64,000 nt of DNA from Candidatus Babeliales bacterium (GTDB lineage: Bacteria; Babelota; Babeliae; Babelales; Vermiphilaceae), in assembly GCA_963743635.1 (NCBI GenBank), contig CAVUQO010000003.1:704001-768000 (forward strand), read 5' to 3'. Made by a program: the position numbers and the translations under genes. Numbering within the stretch: position 1 is the first letter of the stretch; each line of letters opens with the position of its first letter. This document shows, piece by piece, positions 21,194-31,011 of this stretch. The notes under the pieces are model-generated. The model had not been told where the DNA came from. It did not search any database and saw only the letters and a list, made by a program, of their open reading frames with translations.

Positions 21194-22780
21194 ATGAATT
21201 GCTTATTAAACCTTGTGCTCTTCTGCGCACTGAGCGTCAGCTCTTTGTTCGGTTCGGCCACTATTGACAGCGCATTAGTCGATGCGCAAACCTGTTATGA
21301 TTTGGATCTAGTACCATCAGGAAAAAATAGTCTCAGTCTATTTTTTGATAAAACGGTTACCAAACGAGGCGCCATTCAGCTTAATACTTTTTTACTCAAC
21401 CCAACGGATGATCAGGCTACGTTGCTCAAGCGTCAACGCCATGTGCGTTTTTTAGTTGATCATGCTGATTTGTCGACTTCTTTACAGAACGAGCTTGTAG
21501 GCCTTGCGGCTTATGAACCGACTGCACAAGAATATGTCAGCAATCAATTGGGAGAACAGTCATTAGATCGAGTCTATTTCACCTGGTCGAAACTCAAGCA
21601 GTTCAATACCAATCCATATGCACTTGATTTTGCCTACGGTATGCACATTACTGCTATGTTGGCGCCTTTTGTAGAGCACGTGCTGATACATCTTGGCATT
21701 GATATATTGGCCAATGGTAGTCATGTAGGATGCAGTCATGCGCATCATAATCATGCCGCCAGCAAAGCAACCTATTATGGCTTGCAAGCATTCCACTGGG
21801 GCTTACATGCACCAGGACTATATGACATGGCATGCGACATTAAAGATCGCGCGTTGATGATAAAATATGTCCAAGCGCAAACGATTCGCATTGCAGAGTA
21901 TGTTCACCGTGCTGAAAATGTTTACAAGCTATTGAAAAAATCTGATGCGGATGCGAATGATTTTTCGCCATATGCAGAGTTGGATTATTTCTTTGGAAAT
22001 CCAGCGGCTTGTTCCGATTCGTTCAAGAAGCTTATGGAACTTTTAAAAACGTCAACGTTTCAAGGTGAGGCTTCTGTCTGGAGTCATGTAGGAAATGTCC
22101 TTGCCGCATACAAACTGTATGGCAGTGTGCAAGATGAATTTGAGCGACTCGCCAAGGCAATAAGCGAGATTGATGTGTATTTGAGTGCGGCTACGTTTGT
22201 CAGGGAACAAACGTCAGAGCAGCCGTGGTGTTTTGCAACCTTTAGTGCCGACACAAAACCAAAGCTTGAGATAGAAAATGTGCGTCATCTTTTCATAGTA
22301 GACAGTAAGCCCTTAGATTATTCCTCAGATAAATCATTGCGAACACTGGTAACGGGCGATAATGGCTCTGGTAAATCCACCTATCTGATGAGTATTGGTC
22401 AGGCAATTATACTTGCGCAAACCTTTGGTATTGTGCCGGCAAAACGCTGTGAAATCACGCCGTTTTCTCATATCCATACGTTCCGATATATTCACGATAA
22501 TATGTCTGAAGGCACTTCACGCTTTTATGCAGAATGTGCACGCGTCGATACCATTATCGAGACCATAAGCAGCGATGCAAAACCTGCATGCGTTATCTTT
22601 GATGAACCATTTTCGCATACCAATGCTGAAAAAGGTACTACTTGTTTACAAAAATCGCTTGCTGATATTAGTGTGCTTGATAATGCAATTAGCCTCGTGG
22701 CAACTCATTATCATGATTTTGGCACTGTAGTAGAGGATGCATGGAACGTGAAAGAACTTCCTGTGCGTGTATCGGCGTAG
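21194..22780 (+). CDS. MutS-related ATPase (domain V, truncated MutS family) with signal-like N-terminus
   Basis: TGDNGSGKSTY, AQTFGIVPA, SRFYAEC, DEPFSHT, ATHY; lacks mismatch-recognition domain I. Confidence 0.85.
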   Translation: MNCLLNLVLFCALSVSSLFGSATIDSALVDAQTCYDLDLVPSGKNSLSLFFDKTVTKRGAIQLNTFLLNPTDDQATLLKRQRHVRFLVDHADLSTSLQNELVGLAAYEPTAQEYVSNQLGEQSLDRVYFTWSKLKQFNTNPYALDFAYGMHITAMLAPFVEHVLIHLGIDILANGSHVGCSHAHHNHAASKATYYGLQAFHWGLHAPGLYDMACDIKDRALMIKYVQAQTIRIAEYVHRAENVYKLLKKSDADANDFSPYAELDYFFGNPAACSDSFKKLMELLKTSTFQGEASVWSHVGNVLAAYKLYGSVQDEFERLAKAISEIDVYLSAATFVREQTSEQPWCFATFSADTKPKLEIENVRHLFIVDSKPLDYSSDKSLRTLVTGDNGSGKSTYLMSIGQAIILAQTFGIVPAKRCEITPFSHIHTFRYIHDNMSEGTSRFYAECARVDTIIETISSDAKPACVIFDEPFSHTNAEKGTTCLQKSLADISVLDNAISLVATHYHDFGTVVEDAWNVKELPVRVSA

Positions 22781-22812
22781 AAGATCACTATTGATCTTGT
22801 AATAATGTAGAA

Positions 22813-22856
22813 AAACGAGCTGAAATGGTGAGAGCTTCACCGCTTCAGCTCGTTTT
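22813..22856. terminator. Bidirectional terminator
   Basis: AAAACGAGCTGAA...TTCAGCTCGTTTT between convergent genes. Confidence 0.75.
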
Positions 22857-22882
22857 GTTTTTCGCATTTATATTTTTTAAAA

Positions 22883-23275
22883 TTATTTAAGTTCTGGTAT
22901 GTCAAAAGCATTCATTAAGGCTTTTGTGCTGGATTTTGTTAATGCGCCCCCAACAAAGGTAACGCCCGCATATGCAGCAGCGAGAGCTATTGCAGGAATG
23001 GCTGGGTTAGTTTTGATAATCATATTTTTTATTTCTGGAGTGATACTTTCATCGCATCTAACTTTGTCGAGGTTGCTATATAACATGTGCAGGAAACATG
23101 CAGCATACACAGCAATTGGAGTCGTAACGCATCCAGTAAGAAGGTATGCATTGTGATTGGTGATTTGCAAGGGAGTGGCTGCCAATTTGCCGTACCATGT
23201 TTCGGGCTGAGCAGATATCGTTGACGATACGGTTATCGCGGTGATGATCAGTAATGAGAGAACTATTTTCTTCAT
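22883..23275 (-). CDS. Hypothetical membrane/secreted protein
   Basis: Likely start MKKIVLSLLII; signal peptide plus two hydrophobic segments. Confidence 0.65.
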   Translation of the reverse strand: MKKIVLSLLIITAITVSSTISAQPETWYGKLAATPLQITNHNAYLLTGCVTTPIAVYAACFLHMLYSNLDKVRCDESITPEIKNMIIKTNPAIPAIALAAAYAGVTFVGGALTKSSTKALMNAFDIPELK

Positions 23276-23490
23276 AGAATCTTTCGGAATTAATGGTTTT
23301 AAAATTTGCCCATTCATTATACTGTTTAGTACTATGTGCTGCAAATATCAACGATAAATATCAACTATTTTAACCTGAAGTGCTGGCTAGAATAGCCGAT
23401 CAGCAGATTGAGAGAGGCTGTTAGTCGCTTGACAAAAAAGACCCATTCGTGTTCAATAGTATCTAAATCACATCTTTTTATCGATGCGGG

Positions 23491-23586
23491 GTAACCTATC
23501 ATGAACATCTAAAGCACATTCTTTTTTGTAGACATGCGTTTTTTGGGCGTTGTGTACGAATATGTGTTGAGATATTCTCAGGTTAT
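23491..23586 (+). promoter_or_regulatory. Structured leader with uORF (M-N-I-stop) upstream of ABC exporter
   Basis: Pairings GTAACCT/AGGTTAT, GAACATCT/AGATATTC, AGCACAT/ATGTGTT; ATG AAC ATC TAA at 23501-23512. Confidence 0.5.
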
Positions 23587-23685
23587 TACTCTTCTTTTCC
23601 CATCAGATATTATCACCAATTTTTGTTACATTGCGTCCGCTGCTCAGGTAGATCTGGGTAGTTTTATGTACTAAGGAATATTATT

Positions 23686-24432
23686 ATGTTGTTACTTTCT
23701 ATAAAAAAAGTGAGCAAAGTGTACCCCGTGCAGGGCGGCTCACGTGTAGCTTTGAATCAGGTCTCTCTTGATATTCAGGCGGGTGAAGTTTTGAGTTTGC
23801 TCGGTGTGAATGGCGCCGGCAAGACGACGCTCTCTTCAATCGTGGCAACGTTGCATCCGCCAACGTCAGGCGACGTTGAATATCGTGGCGAATCAATTTA
23901 TCGCGATATCCCTGAATTTCGCCGCAAGATTGGCTATTGTCCACAACAACCCAATCTCAATCCAATGTTAACGCTTGAGGAAAATTTGGTATTTGCGGGC
24001 CGTTATTATGGCCTTGCGGAAGACGAGATTGCAGCGCGTGTGAAAAAGCTTGTCGAGCAATTTGAGTTGGGCAAATATCTGGGCGAGAAGGCGTCAGTGC
24101 TTTCTGGTGGGTATAAGCAACGCTTTATGATTGCGCGCAGCTTGATACACAATCCTGAGTTTATCATTCTTGATGAACCAACGGTTGGACTTGATCCGCA
24201 TATCAGACGTCAATTATGGGATGTGATTCGCGATCTGAAGAAAGATGGCATTACCGTCTTGCTCACAACGCACTATCTTGATGAAGCTGAAAAGCTTTCG
24301 GATCGCGTCTGTATTCTTGATAAGGGTCAGATTTTGCTGATCGATACGCCGGACAAATTGATGGCTGATTTCAAGCAAAACAATCTTGAAGATGTATTTA
24401 TTGAGCTGCTCAACGCAGGGCAACAGTCATAA
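23686..24432 (+). CDS. ABC-2 type exporter ATP-binding subunit (DrrA/NodI-like)
   Basis: GVNGAGKT, LSGG, LDEPTVGLD, TTHYLDEA. Confidence 0.93.
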   Translation: MLLLSIKKVSKVYPVQGGSRVALNQVSLDIQAGEVLSLLGVNGAGKTTLSSIVATLHPPTSGDVEYRGESIYRDIPEFRRKIGYCPQQPNLNPMLTLEENLVFAGRYYGLAEDEIAARVKKLVEQFELGKYLGEKASVLSGGYKQRFMIARSLIHNPEFIILDEPTVGLDPHIRRQLWDVIRDLKKDGITVLLTTHYLDEAEKLSDRVCILDKGQILLIDTPDKLMADFKQNNLEDVFIELLNAGQQS

Positions 24433-24448
24433 CGAGCGAAAGAATTAT

Positions 24449-25231
24449 ATGAATACACAACGTTATTTAGATACCTGTAAAAATCTGGTTTGGGCCGATT
24501 TGTGTATCTTAAAACAAAATCTCTTGGATAAAGTTATTGATATTGGTATTTGGGTTGTGCTCACGATTTTCGTGACGGGCTACATTATGCCATTTTTTGG
24601 ACTCGCTAATTTTGGTCCATTTCAGTTTGGCGGTGTAATCGCCGCCATTGGTCTTTTTGAGTTATATTCAAGCGTGGTTGATTTGGTGGCCGATCTTGAA
24701 GGTGATCGGATGATCAATTATAATTTGACTCTTCCGATACCATCAGTGTTGGCGCTTATAAGTAAATCATTCTATTACTTTTTGCTTTACGCGACGCTGA
24801 CAACGCTGATGCTTCCTATTGGCGGTGCGTGTCTCTGGACTCAATTAGATCTCATGCACGTTTCTTATTTCAAGCTTGCACTCGCAATACTTTTTCAAAG
24901 TATGTTCTATGGATGTTTTGTACTTTGGGCTGGAAGCGTGGTTGCAAACATGAGCAAGTTAGGAACCGTCTGGTGCCGTTTTATATTCCCAATGTGGTTT
25001 ATGGGCGGGTTCCAATTTTCTTGGTTGTCGCTTTATAACGTAGTGCCCGTCATTGCCTATATTAATGCGATCAATCCAATGATCTACGTGACTGAAAGTA
25101 CGCGTGCTGCATTGCTTGGGCAAGAAGGATATGCAAACTTCTGGGTGTGTCTCGTCGCGATAACCGGATTTTCAGCATTGAGTTTAACGCTCGGGATCCG
25201 TAATTTAAAAAAGCGTCTCGATTTTGTATAA
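24449..25231 (+). CDS. ABC-2 type exporter permease
   Basis: About 6 TM segments, INPMIY..E..R.ALL motif, follows the ATPase. Confidence 0.85.
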   Translation: MNTQRYLDTCKNLVWADLCILKQNLLDKVIDIGIWVVLTIFVTGYIMPFFGLANFGPFQFGGVIAAIGLFELYSSVVDLVADLEGDRMINYNLTLPIPSVLALISKSFYYFLLYATLTTLMLPIGGACLWTQLDLMHVSYFKLALAILFQSMFYGCFVLWAGSVVANMSKLGTVWCRFIFPMWFMGGFQFSWLSLYNVVPVIAYINAINPMIYVTESTRAALLGQEGYANFWVCLVAITGFSALSLTLGIRNLKKRLDFV

Positions 25232-25293
25232 AAAACGTGAGGGAGCGTAACTGCTCCCTCTTTTTTTGTGTGCATCATTCTGGATGCAATAAT

Positions 25294-25881
25294 TTATTCT
25301 TCTAGCGAAGGAACATTTGGATACTCAAGATCCGTGCGATATTCTTTGATTATTTTTTTGCAGTTGGCTGCTTGGCACAGGCAAGTAAAATTCCAGGTGT
25401 CTGGCCAAGGGAAGTTGGGTATGAATGCATCGTAAGAGGTTGTGAGTTCGGTTCCTTTTTCTACATCACGATTGGTGATGATTTGCAATGTAGTGCTCAT
25501 ATCACAATTAGGATCGCATGAGTGATTACAAAAAGCCCACTTGCCGCGAACCTTGCCCCATGTAGGCGTGCCATCAGGGGCGACTTCCATGAGGGCAATA
25601 TGAATCTGATCAGGATTATCCGCTATATATGGTTTATCAGTTTTTTCTAAGTCAGCGGTTGCTACGATTGTTCCCTTTTTTAAATCGCGTGCGGCTCTCA
25701 AGCATAAGCCAAAGTGATTGTGGTCAACGTATGAGGGATATTGTGGTTGAATCTTTGCGTATCGGTCCATATTAATCGCCGTGGTTAAGGGTTCATTGTT
25801 GTCGTTTGTTTCGGCAAGTATGCAAGGTGTAATGAGTAAGGTTAAAAGATAGCTGAGCTTATTCATGAAAAATCCTTTCAA
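25294..25881 (-). CDS. SET-domain lysine methyltransferase with signal peptide
   Basis: GLCLRAARDLKKG, NHSCDPN, ELTTSY, post-SET CLCQAANC. Confidence 0.9.
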   Translation of the reverse strand: MKGFFMNKLSYLLTLLITPCILAETNDNNEPLTTAINMDRYAKIQPQYPSYVDHNHFGLCLRAARDLKKGTIVATADLEKTDKPYIADNPDQIHIALMEVAPDGTPTWGKVRGKWAFCNHSCDPNCDMSTTLQIITNRDVEKGTELTTSYDAFIPNFPWPDTWNFTCLCQAANCKKIIKEYRTDLEYPNVPSLEE

Positions 25882-26035
25882 GTAGGTTGTAAATGCGACA
25901 TAAAGAATATCAGAATTTGTTTTTTGAGCAATGTGCGTTATGTGGGCTTTATTATTTGCATCTTAACCTTATCTATATCTTTGATTATACTGGTTATTCG
26001 TACCTATCTTTGCACGTAACAAACAAAGGATCTCA

Positions 26036-26647
26036 GTGCCCATGAAAAACATTCTTTTACTCGGTTCAAAATCATATTCTCGAAAATTGCTGCTCGATTA
26101 TGCACGCATCCCATATCAAGTGATTGAACAGGAGGCGGATGAATCGCAATGCGATTGGGGCTTGCCGATGCCGCAGGTAGTTGCCAATATTGCCTTATAC
26201 AAAATGAATCACGTCATTATGCCAGGCGGCAAAGAGGGCGATGTAGCCTACGTGTTAACGGCTGACACGTTATCGCAAGAGCGTGATGGTACTATTGGCG
26301 GCAAGCCAGAAAATCTGCAGGATGCCATTGAAAAGATACGGCGCGCGCGTGGGGGAATGCGTACGGGAACGGCGTTTTGCGTCGATAAACGAGAATGGAG
26401 AGGCGGAGAATGGCAGGTCACACAGCGCATTCAGCAGTACGTGGAAGCCGCATATATCTTTGATATCCCAGAAGCGTGGATCGATCGTTACATAGCAAAT
26501 ACGATTGCACTGAGCGCCTCCCAGGCCATAGCGATAGAAGAATATGGTGCGCAGTTTCTCAGGGAAGTTCAGGGATCATATACGGCGATCGTTGGTTTGC
26601 CTCTTTTTGAGGTGCGTGAAGCGCTTGAAGAGCTTGGATTTTTTTAG
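26036..26647 (+). CDS. maf: Maf family nucleotide pyrophosphatase
   Basis: LLLGSKSYSR, ADT, GKP, GSYTAIVGLP. Confidence 0.88.
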   Translation: MPMKNILLLGSKSYSRKLLLDYARIPYQVIEQEADESQCDWGLPMPQVVANIALYKMNHVIMPGGKEGDVAYVLTADTLSQERDGTIGGKPENLQDAIEKIRRARGGMRTGTAFCVDKREWRGGEWQVTQRIQQYVEAAYIFDIPEAWIDRYIANTIALSASQAIAIEEYGAQFLREVQGSYTAIVGLPLFEVREALEELGFF

Positions 26648-26670
26648 GATTTATTAAATAAGGGTATCCC

Positions 26671-27390
26671 ATGGTTAGTGTAAGAATATTGTATGTGTAT
26701 TTGTTGAGTGTTTCATTTACGGGAGCGCAACTTTACGCATTTCCTCAGGCAGTGACGAAATTAGCAGCATTGCGCGCAAGAGCGCAGAATCTTAAGCATT
26801 TGGTTGCTCAGGAATATGAAAAAGAGGGGATTATCAGAAAAGTGACAATTGGTGTTGTTGACCTTCCACCAGAGCATGCTGAGGATGGGGGTTTCTGTGT
26901 GGATGGGGGTTTCTGTGTGGCGCTTCCGTATACCAGATATCGGCACATTTGTTTAAATAGTGCAATTCAAAATTTCAAGGAACCTGCGCAAAATTGGACG
27001 ATACTACACGAGTTGTCACATGCATATGACCCTTTTGTGGTAAAAAAATATTTGGGATTCAAGGGCATTCAGACGCAGTACCCTCATTTAAAGCAGTATG
27101 TGGATGCATATGCTGCTAAGATGTTATTGTCCGGCAAAATGGTTACTGACGAAGAAATTGCTGGCATAGAGCCCGCAGAGTGGCATGCAGATTGGAATGC
27201 GATACGGTTGATTAAAAAACATATGCCGGATGACATTGAAGGTTTAATTATACATTGGAACATGCAAGCTGTATTTGGAATAATTGACGCACCAGGATAT
27301 CCACCACGTGAAATGCGAGTGGAATGGCTTAGGGAGGACCAGGCTCCCATAATAGCCAAGTATATGGAAACTATAAAAGACCTCCGATAA
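26671..27390 (+). CDS. Secreted HExxH zinc-metalloprotease-like protein
   Basis: Signal peptide, ILHELSH, EWHADWNA. Confidence 0.7.
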   Translation: MVSVRILYVYLLSVSFTGAQLYAFPQAVTKLAALRARAQNLKHLVAQEYEKEGIIRKVTIGVVDLPPEHAEDGGFCVDGGFCVALPYTRYRHICLNSAIQNFKEPAQNWTILHELSHAYDPFVVKKYLGFKGIQTQYPHLKQYVDAYAAKMLLSGKMVTDEEIAGIEPAEWHADWNAIRLIKKHMPDDIEGLIIHWNMQAVFGIIDAPGYPPREMRVEWLREDQAPIIAKYMETIKDLR

Positions 27391-27624
27391 CCTCAAAGCA
27401 TCAGGCGCCATAGTTTTCGAGCCTTCGGGCTGGCATCTTTAAATTGGGCTTTTAGGCCCTAAGTATAGCCAAAACAGCCATGTTTTACCCTGGGCACCCC
27501 CTTTTGCGGGTGCCCTTTTTTTATGCTATAATAAATACATATAGAAAATATAGCTCCAGATTGAGGGCCCCAAAGTAGGGGCATAAGGGCTTTATTGTTA
27601 ATGATCCAAAATGGAGGATTTATT

Positions 27625-27906
27625 ATGAAGAACCTTTTAAGAAACGCGTTAGTTATGTGCGCATTGATGACAGGAATTGCATCAACTCTTGAAGCAAGAC
27701 CGCATAGACACCGTGGGCATCGCGCTCCTCGTGTAAGTGTGCAGTTTGTAACAAGACCAGCATACTATGCACCAGTGCCATACTATAGACCGGTACAATA
27801 CTTTGCTCCAGTACCATGTGTTGTTCCCGTGCAGCGTGTTGTGCGCGTACATCGTCAACCGAGCTTTCGACCACAATTCGGATTCAATTTCGGTTTCGGA
27901 TTTTAA
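27625..27906 (+). CDS. Small secreted Arg/Pro/Tyr-rich protein
   Basis: GGAGG RBS, MKNLLRN signal peptide ending LEA, C-terminus FGFNFGFGF. Confidence 0.75.
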   Translation: MKNLLRNALVMCALMTGIASTLEARPHRHRGHRAPRVSVQFVTRPAYYAPVPYYRPVQYFAPVPCVVPVQRVVRVHRQPSFRPQFGFNFGFGF

Positions 27907-27915
27907 GAATAACTT

Positions 27916-28620
27916 ATGATTGAGATACTCATGAACACTATAAACCATAAGTTTTTATTCATATTCGTACGGGCGCTTTTTATAGGCGCCCTTTGCACCA
28001 CTATTGCCCAAGCAGCTCCCACCAAAGATCAAAAAAAATTGTTGGAAAGGGCGCATGAACTTGTTGCGATTCTTGGTCAAGAGACTAGTGATCACGATGC
28101 TAAGATTGAATTTATAAAGTTTGAGATTGTCGATAAATCAGAATGCATAGATAAATCGGGCGCAACAGCGAGTGCATTTGTGGATGTTCATATTAAGATG
28201 AATCATCCAAATAAAGGCGCCAAGCGTTGTTGGCTTAAATTGAATTTCGATTCTTTACACAAAATAAGTCCCGCATTGCAAACGTTTATCATCTTTCATG
28301 AATTAGCCCATGTATATGACAAGTCTTTGTCGGATGCTGGACTAAGCGGAGAAGAGGATGCGCCAGTTGATTGTTATCCCGCGCTTAAAGAAGCTATAGA
28401 ATATTGTCGGACAAAATGGAAATCTGAGTCTTTAGTAATGAGTTCGAGTGAATGGCATGCAGATTGGCAAGCAGCCCAATGGATGAAAAAATATGCCGCA
28501 GAGCACGTAACAGCGTTGCACCGCCATCATCAAGAAAAGAAACTGATTCAAGATAGGGTAGGGATAAGCTCATTCGAATATGCACCTGCTGAGATAGTAT
28601 TAAAGTGGCTGTCGGAATAA
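27916..28620 (+). CDS. Secreted HExxH zinc-metalloprotease-like protein (paralog of 26671..27390)
   Basis: Signal peptide, IFHELAH, EWHADWQA. Confidence 0.7.
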   Translation: MIEILMNTINHKFLFIFVRALFIGALCTTIAQAAPTKDQKKLLERAHELVAILGQETSDHDAKIEFIKFEIVDKSECIDKSGATASAFVDVHIKMNHPNKGAKRCWLKLNFDSLHKISPALQTFIIFHELAHVYDKSLSDAGLSGEEDAPVDCYPALKEAIEYCRTKWKSESLVMSSSEWHADWQAAQWMKKYAAEHVTALHRHHQEKKLIQDRVGISSFEYAPAEIVLKWLSE

Positions 28621-28652
28621 TGGAAAGCTAATCTCATAATACATAGAAATTA

Positions 28653-28684
28653 AAAAAGGGCCCCGATTTGTTCGGGGCCCTTTT
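28653..28684. terminator. Bidirectional terminator
   Basis: AAAAGGGCCCCGA/TCGGGGCCCTTTT. Confidence 0.85.
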
Positions 28685-28687
28685 GCT

Positions 28688-29146
28688 TTAGTTCATTCTT
28701 GCTTTTTTATTTGGTTTCCAGCGCTTGAGCAGTTCCTCAAAAAGGAGTTGCTGTGCGTTAGCGTTTGGGTTTTTGGACATTTTGGTGGTTGCTTTTTCTA
28801 GGCTTGAACGAACGGTTGCAGTATCGCATACGGTTGAATCGATATGCTCCAATGCGGGCATAAGATTCTTTTCCTGTGCTTTGAGCATCGCTTGTTCATT
28901 AATCGTTTCAATCAAGAGTCCTTCTAGCAGACTAAAGAAATCCACAATCGAATCTTGCATCTCTTCGGCGATATGCATTTCGCCATCGGCGTAGTGCATA
29001 CGTTCGCGCAGACCCGCAGCAAGTGCTTTGCCCACGAGCTGCTTGAGCTCTTGGGAGCCATGCTCCACAATCCACTGTAAAAGGTGTAATAGTTCGTATG
29101 ATATAACGAACTGATTGTTTGTTGGTGTCATCATGTCGTCCTTCAT
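28688..29146 (-). CDS. Hypothetical protein
   Basis: 152 aa ORF with GGAAGGGA RBS, downstream of htpX. Confidence 0.75.
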   Translation of the reverse strand: MKDDMMTPTNNQFVISYELLHLLQWIVEHGSQELKQLVGKALAAGLRERMHYADGEMHIAEEMQDSIVDFFSLLEGLLIETINEQAMLKAQEKNLMPALEHIDSTVCDTATVRSSLEKATTKMSKNPNANAQQLLFEELLKRWKPNKKARMN

Positions 29147-29236
29147 AGCGTGTCCCTTCCGTTCATAGTGAACCCTACATCAATGCCCGTCCCATTTGGG
29201 GCATCATTATGTAGCCTTACACGTTTTGCATTCAAA

Positions 29237-30106
29237 TTAAAATAGTTTTCCATGCATTTTCTCAAGACGTTCAATTCGTTGTTTCATAGGCGGGTGTGTT
29301 GAAAATAGGGATATGAGAAAACCATCGTTAGTAAAAGGATTCGCAATAAATAAATGTGCAGTACTTGCTTGCGATGCATTTTTTTGATCTAAGTGCGCAT
29401 AGGGCATATGCTGGTGTAATTTTTTAAGTGCTGATGCTAATGCTAGTGGGTCGTGGCAACATTTGGCTCCAGTTTCATCGGCAAGGAATTCACGTGATCG
29501 CGAGATAGCAAGTTGAATTAATGACGCGGCAATCGGAACTAAGAATGAAATAAGCATCATGACGATTGGGCTCGTTGAACCATTTCTACGATCTCGATTT
29601 CCGCCAAAAATTGCTGACCAGTAAAGCCAATTTGCCAGATAACCAATTGTAGCGGCGAGCGTTGCAGCGATGCTTGAAACCAGTATGTCGCGATTGAGGA
29701 CGTGTCCTAATTCGTGTGCCAGTACGCCTCGTAATTCATCTTTATCGAGTAAGTTTAAGATACCCGTTGTGACGGCAACAGAGGCATGCTGAGGATTGCG
29801 CCCCGTTGCGAATGCGTTTGCCATCGGTGTATTAATGATCCACAGTTTTGGCATTGGCAGATGCATGGTGTGCGTTAATTCTTCAACGATTTCATAGATC
29901 CATTCATATTTCGTGCGATCGAGCGGTTGTGCGCCATACATGCGTAGTACAATTTTATCGGAGTAAAAGTATGCGATACCGTTCATAGCGATAGCAAGTA
30001 CAAGCGCAAGAATGATGCTTTGTTCGCCACCAAAAATATTTCCCAAGAATAAGAGAATGCCACTGAGTGATCCAAGAAGGAGTGCTGTTTTAATTTGATT
30101 CCACAT
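29237..30106 (-). CDS. htpX: Zinc metalloprotease HtpX
   Basis: ANAFATGRNP, AHELGH, SRSREFLAD, FSTHPP. Confidence 0.95.
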   Translation of the reverse strand: MWNQIKTALLLGSLSGILLFLGNIFGGEQSIILALVLAIAMNGIAYFYSDKIVLRMYGAQPLDRTKYEWIYEIVEELTHTMHLPMPKLWIINTPMANAFATGRNPQHASVAVTTGILNLLDKDELRGVLAHELGHVLNRDILVSSIAATLAATIGYLANWLYWSAIFGGNRDRRNGSTSPIVMMLISFLVPIAASLIQLAISRSREFLADETGAKCCHDPLALASALKKLHQHMPYAHLDQKNASQASTAHLFIANPFTNDGFLISLFSTHPPMKQRIERLEKMHGKLF

Positions 30107-30140
30107 AGTCTGTACCTTTTTGCTAATTTTTTATTATGCC

Positions 30141-30258
30141 CCGTTTGTCCTGCGTGCCCTGCATGGTTCGATACGCTCTGCTACTCACCACGAACGGGAT
30201 AATATTTTCTTCCGTTCATCCTGCGTGCCCTGCATAGCCTTGGCGACGCATGGGAGGG
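30141..30258. repeat. Composite REP-like element cluster
   Basis: Direct repeat CCGTTnnTCCTGCGTGCCCTGCAT x2; TGGTTCGATACG...CTCACCACGAACGG; TAGCCTTGGCG. Confidence 0.65.
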
Positions 30259-30750
30259 TTATTCCTCATCGTATTCAATATCCCAATTATCGGCATCGAT
30301 AACTTCAGGATCTTCTTGTTTTGGATGCGGAATAATACTGCTGAGTTGATCACTTGAAGGATGTGATGCACCTTTGAGGACCATCAACTTTTTCATTGCT
30401 TCTCGCGCATCTTCTTTTGATAATTCGGTTTGCTGATCAAGTTGATCACTTGTTTCATCAAAAATCTTATTCATATCCTTTTGCATCTTTTTGATCTGCT
30501 TTTTCAGCTTTAAAATCATCTCGACGCCAGCCAGATTTATGCCCAAATTGTGCGTTAAATGGATGATTTCTTCAAGGCGATTCACATCTTCTTCAGAGAA
30601 GAGACGGGTATTGCCATCTGAACGTTTGGGCGATATCAGTCCTTCTTTCTCATAGAGGCGAATGGTTTGTTGGTGAACGGAGAACATTTGAGCTACCGCA
30701 GATATCGAAAAAAAGCCCTTTTTTCTTTGCATAACAGCCATACTATACAT
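30259..30750 (-). CDS. hspR: MerR-family heat-shock repressor HspR
   Basis: FSISAVAQMFSVHQQTIRLYEKEGLISPKRSDGNTRLFS...LGINLAGVE; adjacent to htpX. Confidence 0.8.
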   Translation of the reverse strand: MYSMAVMQRKKGFFSISAVAQMFSVHQQTIRLYEKEGLISPKRSDGNTRLFSEEDVNRLEEIIHLTHNLGINLAGVEMILKLKKQIKKMQKDMNKIFDETSDQLDQQTELSKEDAREAMKKLMVLKGASHPSSDQLSSIIPHPKQEDPEVIDADNWDIEYDEE

Positions 30751-31011
30751 TTCCGGTTAATAACATTATTCATACTCTCTACCTTATACATTCTAGCATA
30801 ATATGGAATACAAATCATGCTAAATTGTTGAATATGCCCTTCTTGAGTACGCTTTTGGGTTGCGCATAGGGTAAATGTTACTATATGTAAAGTTATAGGG
30901 GCAAAAAACTCATTTTGCAGGTATAGGTTGACAAAATAGCCCTTTTTTTCAGAGTATAAAGGTGCTGAAAGTATTTTGGATACTAACTATACCCACTCAA
31001 AGGAGAGTCTT

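Noticed and set aside
30855..30893. dif site (GCGCATA...ATGTTA)
   Set aside because: Arm spacing does not fit the 11-6-11 XerC/XerD layout
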